Shown: positions 26,901 through 37,778 of the stretch, piece after piece | How the letters are laid out: each line of letters opens with the position of its first letter | Numbering within the stretch: the stretch's first letter is position 1 | From: Tubiluchus corallicola | Lineage: Eukaryota > Animalia > Priapulida | Direction of reading: 5' to 3' | NCBI GenBank assembly: GCA_030141605.1 | Contig: JAQGDQ010000128.1 | Coordinates: forward strand, 529,018 to 566,795 | Length of the DNA: 37,778 bases | Translations under genes and position numbers: made by a program | The notes under the pieces: generated by a model | Seen by the model: the letters and a program-made list of their open reading frames with translations, nothing else | Database searches by the model: none | Told to the model about the DNA's origin: nothing

Positions 26901-27690
26901 ATATCATATCATGTCGTGTCGTGTCGTGTCGTGTCGTGTCGTGTCGTGTCGTGTCGTGTCGTGTGGTGTGGTGTGGTGTGGTGTGGTGTGGTGTGGTGTG
27001 GTGTGGTGTGGTGTGGTGTGGTGTGGTGTGGTGTGGTGTGGTGTGGTGTGGTGTGGTGTGGTGTCGTGTCGTGTCGTGTCGTGTCGTGTCGTGTCGTGTC
27101 GTGTCATGTCATGTCATGTCATGTCATGTCATATCATATCATATGATATCATATATTCATTTCACATCACATCACATCACATCGTGTCGTGTCGTGTCGT
27201 GTCGTGTCGTGTCGTGTCACGTCACGTCACGTCACGTCACGTCACGTCACATCACATCACATCACATCATATCATATCATATCCATCATATCATTTCACA
27301 TCACATCACATCACATCACGTCGCGTCGCATCGCGTCGCGTCGCATCGCGTCATATCATATCATATCATATCATATCATATCATATCATATCATATCATA
27401 TCATATCATATCATATCATATCATATCATATCATATCATATCATATCATATCATATCATATCATATCATATCATATCATATCATATCTCATATCATATCA
27501 TATCATATCATATCATATCATATATCATATCATATCATATCATATCATATCATATCATATATCATATCATATCATATCATATCATATCATATCATATCAT
27601 ATCATATCATATCATATCATATCATATCATATCATATGATATCCATCATATCATTTCACATCACATCATATCATACCACAATCATATCAC
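26901..27690. repeat. Compound pentanucleotide microsatellite (TGTCG, TGTGG, TGTCA, TATCA, CATCA, CGTCA, CGTCG)
   Basis: Directly visible. Confidence 0.99.
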
Positions 27691-28397
27691 ATTTACAATA
27701 TCCTGAAATGTCTGTACAACGCATACATGAGATGTACCACAGGTTATACCCATTGTCTGTAGAAAGATGTTAATAAAATAATTAATAATCTTTTTGCCAG
27801 AATAGAAACCCTTATTGCGTAGTACGTACCTTCAGTGCTTGGTCTATGATTAAATCGATTGCACTGTTAATATTGACGACCATGGGTGTAAGAAATCAAA
27901 GCAACACTAGTTCCTTTCTGAGAAATTGCACATATAATTAGGCACCTCGTTATGAGCGATCACGTTTACTTTTAAGGACGTCACATCATGTAAGCGATAA
28001 ACATCAGTGTAAGATAGACATATTAATTAAAAAAGAAAATTTAATCATAAGCCCTAACTTGCATTTCACAGGACTGACAATCATATCATAGAAGCAATTA
28101 ACCAGTGTACTCTTATTTTTAGCTATAGAGGGCTCCACCATCTTTGTCCACACTACAGTTTTAAATAAATTAGCTATTTCATTATTTTATACTTCTGATG
28201 AAGATTGACACTACGCTGTTTTTCTTCGGGACGAATGACGTCATTGGAAGAAGAACTGGCACTGAAAATGACAACAACCCCAGCAATCGTGGATTTTACT
28301 AGTTACACGAGGCGCTTATTGCAGTTTCATTATTAAATCTTTCTAACATTTTTCGCGAATATTGAAATAAGCCAGACTTTCCAGAAGATTTGGCCTT

Positions 28398-28823
28398 CCA
28401 GTAAAAACTAGACGGACACTGCTATGCCAGTGGCTTGTCAGCACCACTTCCGAGCACTACGTTGGATCATCATCATCATCATCATCATACGCCCGTCACG
28501 TCTATTGCAGACATTGGGCAGGCAGAATTCTAAAATAAAAGAAATCTGCCTTCAGACAGGCAAACGCAGCAGTAATCCAGCAAAAAAACTAAACTAGACA
28601 CTGTTACGCCAGTGGCTTGTCAGCACCACTTCCGAGAACTATCTTGAATCATCATCATCATCATCATACGCCCGTCACGTCTATTGCAGACATTGGGCAG
28701 GCAGAATTCTAAAATAAAAGAAATCTGCCTTCAGACAGGTAAACGCAGCAGTAATCCAGCAAAAAAACTAGACACAGCTACGCCAGTGGCTTGTCAGCAC
28801 CACTTCCGAGCACTATTTTGAAT
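28398..28823 (-). repeat. ~180-bp tandem unit, ~2.4 copies, with a retroposon-like (TGA)n tail
   Basis: GCCAGTGGCTTGTCAGCACC at 28426, 28608 and 28782. Part of the unit has a diverged dispersed homologue at 25653-25751. Confidence 0.85.
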
Positions 28824-29280
28824 GGAATGGACAAATTTTAAGGCAATAAGGCAACTCTTTTTCACGCGTTCTTGCGTGTTGTGTCTTGACACGCTGGGAA
28901 AAGGATATTGAAGACAAAAAAACCGACAAGCAAATCTTTAGAAAACTTGGCAAATTGTTTCCGCGCTCTCTATTTTCCTTGACGATGTTGCGACTAAGCA
29001 ATTAAGACGTTTTCTAAGCCAACAATGATCAGGAAATGACCTGTCTTCCTGCCACGTTTTACTTCAGAAAACAAGACGATTAGTTGCTGTCATTCCAACG
29101 GCGAATCTTTCAGCAAACTAATTCAGGAAGTAGCCTGGATCGAATTGAATTTCAAATGGGCCCCAATCTGAGTCTCTGTGATAGTGTAAAACATGAATAG
29201 TTGTGGTAGACACTAGATCCAGGAAAAAAGTTGTGCAATCCTGCTTGTTACTTGTTTAACATCATTGTAAATAATGTTAT

Positions 29281-29399
29281 ACTACGGCCAAATCACGTTG
29301 AAAACACCGGTTCTCGTCTGATCAGCGAAGTTAAGCAACGTAGAGCCTGGTTAGTACTTGGATGGGTGACCGCCTAGGAATACCAGGTGCTGTAGGCTT
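29281..29399 (+). pseudogene. 5S rRNA-derived head with Pol III type-1 internal promoter; not a functional 5S gene
   Basis: CTACGGCCA..TCACGTTGAAAACACCGGTTCTCGT...GAAGTTAAGCAACG...GGTTAGTACTTGGATGGGTGACCGCC...GAATACCAGGTGCTGTAGGCTT. Box A and box C regions are recognisable. Confidence 0.92.
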
Positions 29400-29765
29400 G
29401 CGGGATGTCGACACTGTATCTCAACACTAGGCGGAGCTGCAGAAGTAGCCAACGGCTAGAGGGCGGAGGAGGTCAAGTGATCCAACGGCCGTGTGTAGAG
29501 GAGTAAACCTTCCAAATCAGGAGTGGAGCCCCGAAGGCGGACCAGTGCAGCATGCTCACTGACTCCGGCAGCTCCTGTAGTCAACCTGGTGCCTGTTGTC
29601 TGGACAACTCAGGATCTCCATACACCTTGCCCAGGCGTGCGCCCTGGAGACGTTCAAGGATCGCACTGCTCAGCCACAGTCGACGCTGCAGCTCCATCAA
29701 TGTGATCAATAACTGACTCTCTTGGCGCACACTCCGTTGTCTTCCCAGACAGAAGGATGCCAACC
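29281..29765 (+). mobile_element. Full-length 5S rRNA-derived SINE (SINE3)
   Basis: 5S head at 29281-29399 with no T-run terminator; ~365-nt GC-rich body partly shared with 3519-3630; TSD AAATAATGTTAT (29269-29280) / AAATAATTTTAT (29766-29777). Confidence 0.9.
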
Positions 29766-29920
29766 AAATAATTTTATACGCACAAATTAAAAAAGATAAT
29801 TACAGAAATTACTCTAGTGTCTATGTAAAATTGCCTAATATTTGCACTGAAATTTTTGTCTACAAAAAGAGCTAATAAAAACTTATTATCATCATCATCA
29901 TCAGTATCATCAATTACTGC

Positions 29921-30780
29921 CAGGGGCGTATCCAGGCTGCAGACTAGTGTGCCAAATTTTGAGGAGCGCCAGAGTTTAGGAACCTAGTGTGTTCAAAATT
30001 TTTATTCTGCACGGAAAATGCGTATCCTTTCCTATTCATCTAAGTACGTATTTTATAACACACCACAAGCAGTTAAGTGTCCGCTTTTGTATAAGAGCTA
30101 TACAGCAGGCAAATACATTTCATAAAAAGTACTAAACTACAAACATAAGCGCTATGCAAAATATCAAATTAAGAAACAACAAAAAATAGCAGTGAGGTGG
30201 CTCTCATATATAGATAACCAAAAATCTTTAATAGAGATAGCTGGGAGTGAACTGAGACCTTAGAGCAGGGGTGTGCAAATTATCTGACTAGCCGGGCCAC
30301 ATTAAACTTTCCCGCAATTCCTGCCGGCCACAGGCAGTTTGATCAAGGAGCCAAGTACAGAAAGGCCTAATAACGATTTTTTGCATCCGACCTGCGTACG
30401 TCATTACTACTACACTCAAGAAACTATTTTAGAAGTTATTAAAACTTATATTACCAACCATATATTTCTACTTTCAGGACAGATAGTGGTAATTTCATTA
30501 CAATGCATGTTAGTAATGTGTATCACACAGTCTGTGTAGTACAGTGTTATTAAGCTACAACCGTCTCGTAAAGGTTAATGGCATCCGATCTAGTAGAAAA
30601 AACTACCCGCACTATCTTTCGGATCGTGGCACGGACTTCAGCTGGATACACTCAATTAATCGCCCGGGCCGCACTTTCATTACGTTGACAAATCTTTTCG
30701 CGGGCCGCACAAATTCTCTCGGCGGGCCGCAATTTGCACACCCCTGACTTAGAGCATCGTATTATCTGGGTATGCCTGTG
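29921..30780. mobile_element. Older hAT-type MITE hosting a nested MITE
   Basis: Imperfect TIRs CAGGGGCGTATCCAG / CTGGGTATGCCTGTG (11 of 15). Imperfect 8-bp TSD ATTACTGC / CTCACTGC. Confidence 0.55.
30266..30746. mobile_element. hAT (Charlie-like) MITE
   Basis: Perfect 16-bp TIR CAGGGGTGTGCAAATT / AATTTGCACACCCCTG. 8-bp TSD CCTTAGAG / ACTTAGAG. Subterminal CGGGCCGCA repeats. Confidence 0.92.
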
Positions 30781-30899
30781 CTCACTGCGTCTTACTAAAC
30801 TAAAATACGACATGAACAGCAAAATTTAAGTGGTTCCGCATTTAAATAAAATGGTATTGCACTACAGACCGAAGCATGCCTAAATTAATCAATTGTTAA

Positions 30900-31168
30900 G
30901 CATTGCACTGTGATGCGATGCGTTACACTCCACATTATTGCATCGTGTTGCATTGCACTGCACTGCATTGCATTACATTGCATTGCTCTGGCTACGAGTT
31001 AGATATTTTATAATTGTCATTTGTTAATCATTGTGCTGCAATGCAATACATTACATTCCACTTTATTACATTGCATCATGTTGCACTGCATGGCGTTACA
31101 TTGCATTGTATTGCGATGCACAGGCTGCACGCCGCACTGCACTGCATTGCATTGTATTGCATTGCATG
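30900..31168. repeat. Degenerate (CATTG)n pentamer repeat
   Basis: CATTG/CACTG/CATTA runs. Confidence 0.85.
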
Positions 31169-32217
31169 ACCTTGCATGGCCTTATATAATTTCACATGGC
31201 AGAACATTGCTTCATCCGTCTCAAATCTCTAAATCTCACTCGATGACTAGAAGTTTGTTAGTATTTGGCTGTAATGACAGAAAATTTTCTCTCCCATGTT
31301 ACTCTGCCTCCTACTCTATTAGCTTTGTCATCACTAGATGAACTTGGCTAGGCTGCCTGTGCAGAAGTAATAATTGCAAAAGCTGAAACAAGAATCGGAA
31401 AGGTCGGATTTCTCGATCATCACATTCGGATTTTAGGGATTTTCGCGTGAAATACGACATCCGAATTTCGACAAATTGCTGTAAATTTCCTCGCTTTGAC
31501 GGCGTTCTATTAATTCTCGTAAATTTTACCTTCACTAAGTGAGTTATTTGAGAAGCTGTTTGTGGTAAAGACTTCCTGATTATTGCTCTGGGTTGATTTC
31601 CACTCTTGCTGATTAATCTGCCTGCACGTTTTATTCTCCTGTGTATTACTAAGCAAATACAGACTTTATATTAATCCCTCGGTGGGCTTGTGTTAACCAG
31701 AAAAGGTTTTTTTGCATTTAATCACAAAAACCTGTCGGCGCTTGAAAGAAAGGATTTATTCTTACGTTATGTACATCATTCTTACATTAAGCTTATAAAG
31801 TAAATGGATGCACTTTCAACAAGCTTTTGAGAATTATAACCTTGAGAAACTTTCGCTCTAATATTAGTTAAACACTACGTGCGACACTGGCGCTCTCTCG
31901 ACTTCCTCGTGGACCGTCTAGTCGTGAATTGTGGCGTCACTCTGTACCAGAGAGCCTCGTGCCGCCGTGACATGTACTACCTCACAGTGTACCGCCTTCT
32001 AATGTACTACCTCGTTGTACATTATTGTTGTGAATAAATTTATAAATCGGTATTTTGGTAGTAAATTAATGGAGTTATCAGCTGAATTAGATTCAGTTGA
32101 TAAATCTCATGCCTCCCTGATTTTCATAAGATAAATTTATTTGGTAGACAGAGAAACTCACCCAGCTGGTAAGTACGGATTTAATGCAATGCAAATTATT
32201 GCATATGTTAGAGAAAT

Positions 32218-34011
32218 TGTAGGAACACAGGTGTCTTGTTTAAGAGAAGACACTATTGTCTTGAATAGCCACATGCAGAGTTACAGTTAGTTAATAGAAG
32301 GTCAGTAGCGATGCAGATGTCGCATAGAGGTGACTTTATGATCGTCACCAATGTCTCTATCAGTGCTCAGCGACATTAGAAGAGAGAAATCTGAAGATTT
32401 GCCGACGACGGAAAGAGAATCTCACAGAGCGAAAGAATTCGAAGGAACACCTTGCTGACTGTAAAATCAGAAATCTCATGGCGGGTGGTGTCATCTGCCA
32501 CAGGTGTTGCTAGATGTTGCCATATGGTACAATCTTTAGCAAGGTCAGCTCTCCGAGATATAAGCTCTAGTTTTAGCCTAGAGAAGACACACACGAGGGG
32601 TGACGTGAGTGAACCGCACACACGCACATCGAGGGAGAGAGTCTGACAGAGATTGCTACTGTAGTGTGTCCGAGACAGCCTTCTAGAAGAGAGGAACATT
32701 GTTTGACACCAGCGTAGAGGAGTCTGCGTTCTCAGCCATAGACTGGGCACTGGATCAACGAGAGTCTCGTTAAGCTATCTGGAGTTGACCAAGTGTAGGG
32801 GTACATTGGTCAATCCACAAGTTAAGTGTACTTAACATATTTGTATCTGAGAGTAACTCTGCATAACTGTAGTTTCACATTGTATTAAGCACCATAGGTG
32901 CAGCATACTGAATCGTTGTCAATTAAAGTGAATGAGCATCTTCTCTGGAGCTATACACTAATTGTAAGCGCTCACCAGCGTATAAGGACAAATCTTGTAA
33001 AGCAAACCAGACTAGATAACGTGTATTCTGTAATTGAATAAATTCTATTCACTGTGGCAACGTAGATAACGAGTTCTTGTATGATTAAGAGCGTTCAAAG
33101 TAAAGCAACACTAAATCCAAGATACGAACTTGAGAGATTCGCATTGTACTAAACAAAGCTCAATTGCGGGAGCTACGCTCGATAACTTGAGGGAAGAACA
33201 CCTCCACTCACAATGCAAGGTCGAAGTGAAAGTCTTGAAGGACATCATCATTGCCTGATAGACTGAACTAAAGCCCTCGGAGTCAGGTGACAGAATCACC
33301 TTATAGCGAACGGGAAGCGAATCTATAAAATCTATACAATCTATAGATGCAATTCATGATCACTCGAAACGGCTAGATAAAACTATACGATCAGTCTATC
33401 GAGAAAAAGGGTCGTGATATTATGCTCTAATACTTGGCGATGCAATACACAACGAAGAGGTACAAGATGAAGTGCGAACCATCGAAGTGGTTGGACGGTA
33501 TTGGAACCAGGAGGCGGTGAGCTAGGATATCGATTATGCGCGAATGTCCCACGTAGTATGTGATTTCTAATTTGTTTCTCTATTATCAAGAAATGTAGAA
33601 GGTTTGAAAGAAAGAGGTTTTATAGGCTGCTGCTGCGGTTGCATTATGAATTCTGCGAAATTTTGTCAATATCACGTGCTTGCAATAATACAATAATGTA
33701 ACTAAGGGTGTGCAGTAAATGCAAATTTGTGCATTTTCCCTCTTTTTTCGAGATTTCGCATTATAATGGGATTCAATTAGATTTGAGATTCATTATGTAG
33801 TTGCTACACATACCATTATCTCAGCAAAGCAGGAATGCAGTTGTCTATATTGGACAAGAATTGGCTGTAAATTCACTTGAAATTAATAAAGTTAACTTGT
33901 AATACATAAATAAAATATATTGGACAGGAACCTCGGACGTTGGGCCAGCAATGCATAAGCGCAGTGAAAACTGTTGGTGACTTTCTCTAGCAAGTAGGAA
34001 GATATCCCACA
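32218..34011. mobile_element. Possible solo LTR with a second LTR-like segment nested at 33053-33808
   Basis: TGTAGGA...TCCCACA and TGTGGCAAC...GTTGCTACA inverted ends, AATAAA motifs, no coding capacity. No convincing TSD. Confidence 0.3.
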
Positions 34012-34278
34012 TTGCTAGCGCTGCCCGCTATAGGTATATGATAATCAGTTAATTTGTCAAATTAATGTGAAGATAGCTCATCTGTAGCTCCGCCCACATA
34101 TTTTCTCTAGTTTTCAACATTAAAGCTAAAGGTCATGGCCAGGTCAAGAATGCCAAGGTTAATCACTCCTTGCTTCTGGTATTGCTTACGTACTCACGAG
34201 TTTGACTTGGCCTCACTGACTTTCGTGACGTAATGGAAGATATTTGAAAGGCCCACAAAATAAGACCTTAGGCTCATA

Positions 34279-34488
34279 GGTCAAGTCAAGGTTAACGTCA
34301 ATGATAAAATCATGGTCAAGGTCAAGTCAAGGTTAACGTCAAGGATAAAATCATGGTCAAGGTCAAGTCAAGGTTAACGTCAAGGTTAAAATCATGTTCA
34401 AGGTCAAGTCAATGATAAAATCATGGTCAAGGTCAAGTCAAGGTTAACGTCAAGGATAACGTCAAAGATAAAATCATGGTCAAGGTCA
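34279..34488. repeat. ~41-bp tandem repeat built from AAGGTC-like subunits, ~5 copies
   Basis: GGTCAAGGTCAAGTCAAGGTTAACGTCAAGGATAAAATCAT repeated, with internal deletions. Confidence 0.9.
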
Positions 34489-34612
34489 TAGTGACAGTAC
34501 TTTTAAATCACTTTATCATGTAAATGGCTAAGCTTCTTTGACCCTGAAATCTTTTTTCAAACTCATTGAGTTCATTCTAACATTTGTCTCATTTGCACAC
34601 AGACTGACCATT

Positions 34613-35114
34613 GGCTGAGAGTAGAGAAACACTGGAAGGAAAATTAGAAGCATGGAGAGCCGCTTTGGAGAGCAGAGGAATGAGGATTAGTAGATCCAAA
34701 ACGGAGTATCTTACGACAGACATGAATGGGGATCAACGAGAAACAATAAGATTGAACGGGGCACAGTTGAAAAGAGTAAAGACGTTTAAGTATCTGGGTT
34801 CAATGATAGATGAGACTGCAGGAATGGAAAAGGAGGTGAATTTCAGGATTCAGTGTGGTTGGAATAACTGGCGAAAAGTTTCGGGTGTGATGTGCGATAA
34901 GAGGATTCCAGCGAGACTTAAAGGTAAAGTTCACAAAGTAGTGGTCAGGCCCGCCCTAATATATGGGATGCAAGCTGAGATGGTTAAAATGCATAAACGG
35001 AGACCTTAGAGAGAAGAACATAAATGAAGAGATGGTCAACAACAGGAATGCATGGAGAAAACTTATTCACAACGGTGACCCCGCATAGGGAAAAGCTGGG
35101 AAGAAGAAGAAGAA
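34613..35114 (+). mobile_element. RTE-clade LINE 3' fragment with internal deletion
   Basis: WRAALESRGMRISRSKTEY, FKYLGS, GWNNWRKVSGVMCDK, VRPALIYG; (GAA)n tail; perfect 18-bp TSD GCACACAGACTGACCATT at 34595-34612 and 35115-35132. Confidence 0.95.
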
Positions 35115-35960
35115 GCACACAGACTGACCATTAAAGAACGTGACCTTTTAACGACTTTGACCCGATTCCCTCTTAAATCCTATGTGAATAAAAAAATTCC
35201 CATGTATGGCGTACAGTGCAGCCAGTTGCAGTTTACACATTGCCCCAAAATAAGTCAGTGGCCTGTCATGGTATTGAGGGTAGTTAGAAACCGAGTATAC
35301 GGTTTATAACGGATTTGATGATGATACGAAATATCTGTTGATAACTTTCTTGATGCAAGTAAATGACCAAATTTTGGTGAAAAAGTTTCGCAGAGAAGTG
35401 GCCCGATGGAAAAAACATAAGTCAGTCTTTAAGTGATTATCCTGTTTCCAAAATTGTCCGGGATAGAAGCATGAGAAACAGTAGCTTTTTAAAGGAGGGT
35501 ATTCCTAGTGATGTCACTGTCGACGTCGTCATCATTGTTGTTGCCGCAGTCATAAGCACTTTACCTAATATTTATGCTGATGTTTTTTTCTGCTACAGGC
35601 TGACGCAAGAGGCTTTACTGTTGTTAGTGAAAAGAAAACCGTTTTCGTTTTTCTGTCATTGCCCTTTCACGTTGTTTTCAAAGGAGGCAGCGGACATGCC
35701 AGCCGCCTCCCCATCATGGTTATTTGTAATCTTATGGAGTAGCTTGGGGAATATTATAGTACAAAGCTTTGGATTATTTCTTTGTAATGAACAAAGGTGT
35801 TTGTGATGCTTGTTGTACGTGTAATGACCTCCTACACTTGGCGCATGCGCAAATCCATTTTGCAATAGAAATGTCAAAAGATTAATCAGGATTGATTCAC
35901 TCAGGATTCAATGGCTAATTAACCGTAATTCACTGGAGTTCATTGGTTGGTTTGTCCGCT

Positions 35961-36343
35961 AGGCAAATAAATATTTCACATTGTAAAAGGTCTACTGTCT
36001 GTTTCAGAATTCTTCTGAGGTAAGTTTGCATCTAGAAAGTTAGCCAGTTTGTCTGGTCAGTCAGTGGGTAGCAACGAATGTGGTAGGAAGTCGAACACTC
36101 GCTGTAAAGAGGTCAGCTTACCACCCGACAAGCACTGACTGTCACATAAGGGATTGCTTCCCAATTACTTTAAAAGTGTTATATTCGGTTGCTTCCCAAG
36201 AGCCGTCGACTTCCTGCTACTGTCGGTTGCTACCTGCTGACTGACCAGACAAATGGGATAACTTTCTAACTGGAAACTTACACCAGAAACATCTGAGACA
36301 AACAGTAGATCTTTTACAATTTGAGATGTTTGTAATTTTTCCT
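35961..36343. mobile_element. Foldback MITE with ~130-bp imperfect inverted arms
   Basis: TTGTAAAAGGTCTACTGT...TTTGTCTGGTCAGTCAG...AGGAAGTCGA pairs with TCGACTTCCT...CTGACTGACCAGACAAA...ACAGTAGATCTTTTACAA. Confidence 0.85.
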
Positions 36344-36363
36344 TCTTAAAAGTCTCAAAACAC

Positions 36364-37778
36364 AGTTAATAACTGGGGAGAAGGAGTTAATAGCTCGGGA
36401 GAACGAGTTAATAACCTTGTGGAGCGACTTAGTAACTCGGGGGAACGAGTTAATAACAATGGAGAACGAGTTAATAACTGGAGAGAACGAGTTAATAACT
36501 GGGGAGAACGAGTTAATAACTGGAGAGAACGAGCTAATAACTGGCGAGAACGAGCTAATAACTGGGGAGAACGAGTTAATAACTGGCGAGAACGAGTTAA
36601 TAACTGGGGAGAACGAGTTAATAACTGGGGAGAACGAGTTAATAACTGGGGAGAACGAGCTAATAACTGGGGAGAACGAGTTAATAACTGGGGAGAACGA
36701 GTTAATAACTGGGGAGAACGAGCTAATAACTGGGGAGAACGAGCTAATAGCTCGGGAGAACGAGTTAATAACTGGGGAGAACGAGTTAATAACTGGGGAG
36801 AACGAGTTAATAACTGGAGAGAACGAGTTAATAACTGGACAGAACGAGCTAATAACTGGGGAGAACGAGTTAATAACTGGAGAGAACGAGTTAATAACTG
36901 GCGAGAACGAGCTAATAACTGGGGAGAACGAGTTAATAACTGGCGAGAACGAGTTAGTAAATGGGGAACGAGTTAATAACTGGGGAGAACGAGTTAATAA
37001 CTGGGGAGAACGAGCTAATAACTGGGGAGGACGAGCTAATAACTGGGGAGAACGAGTTAATAACTGGGGAGAACGAGCTAATAACTGGGGAGAACGAGCT
37101 AATAGCTCGGGAGAACGAGTTAATAACTGGGGAGAACGAGTTAATAACTGGGGAGAACGAGTTAATAACTGGAGAGAACGAGTTAATAACTGGACAGAAC
37201 GAGCTAATAACTGGGGAGAACGAGTTAATAACTGGAGAGAACGAGTTAATAACTGGCGAGAACGAGCTAATAACTGGGGAGAACGAGTTAATAACTGGCG
37301 AGAACGAGTTAGTAAATGGGGAACGAGTTAATAACTGGGGAGAACGAGTTAATAACTGGGGAGAACGAGCTAATAACTGGGGAGGACGAGCTAATAACTG
37401 GGGAGAACGAGTTAATAACTGGGGAGAACGAGCTAATAACTGGGGAGAACGAGCTAATAGCTCGGGAGAACGAGTTAATAACTGGGGAGAACGAGTTAAT
37501 AACTGGGGAGAACGAGTTAATAACTGGAGAGAACGAGTTAATAACTGGACAGAACGAGCTAATAACTGGGGAGAACGAGTTAATAACTGGAGAGAACGAG
37601 TTAATAACTGGCGAGAACGAGCTAATAACTGGGGAGAACGAGTTAATAACTGGCGAGAACGAGTTAGTAAATGGGGAACGAGTTAATAACTGGGGAGAAC
37701 GAGTTAATAACTGGGGAGAACGAGCTAATAACTGGGGAGGACGAGCTAATAACTGGGGAGAACGAGTTAATAACTGGG
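36364..37778. repeat. 21-bp satellite (GGAGAACGAGTTAATAACTGG) with a 355-bp higher-order repeat; runs off the window
   Basis: A variant 19-bp monomer (GAGTTAGTAAATGGGGAAC) occurs at 36951, 37306 and 37661. Confidence 0.99.

Noticed and set aside
28490-28580. HDV-like or hammerhead ribozyme in the 180-bp unit
   Set aside because: The candidate catalytic C (GGCAAAC) is T in the other two copies; no CTGAnGA...GAAA core on either strand.
29281-29399. Functional 5S rRNA genes (here and 3631-3749)
   Set aside because: Dispersed, mutually diverged, no oligo-T terminator, shared downstream body, and a TSD around the larger unit.
36417-37686. ITGENEL repeat proteins
   Set aside because: 21-bp satellite; the frame shifts at every 19-bp monomer.

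Overview
This is animal nuclear DNA: AT-rich, repeat-saturated, intergenic or intronic. The 5S-derived sequence resembles mollusc/annelid 5S rRNA as I recall it, so the taxon is an inference. I find no intact host gene. Nearly all long ORFs in the track are translations of micro- or minisatellites. Real coding remnants are all non-LTR retrotransposons: a ~3.5 kb CR1/L2-group LINE (PHD tail, APE endonuclease, RT; one frameshift, one nonsense codon), three TSD-flanked CR1-type 3' fragments, and Rex1-, L2/Crack- and RTE-type 3' ends. There are also piggyBac-type, hAT-type and foldback MITEs. The most notable items are: (1) a complete, TSD-flanked 5S rRNA-headed SINE (SINE3), with a second, partial copy joined directly to the 5' end of the LINE; (2) two satellite arrays (74 bp x16, 42 bp x38) whose monomers also occur as single copies inside sibling transposon copies in this window; (3) a structured ~180-bp tandem retro-like unit with a dispersed homologue; (4) a 355-bp higher-order repeat; (5) a dense promoter-motif cluster near 14.3-15.0 kb. 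Family assignments come from motif recognition by eye, not database searches.
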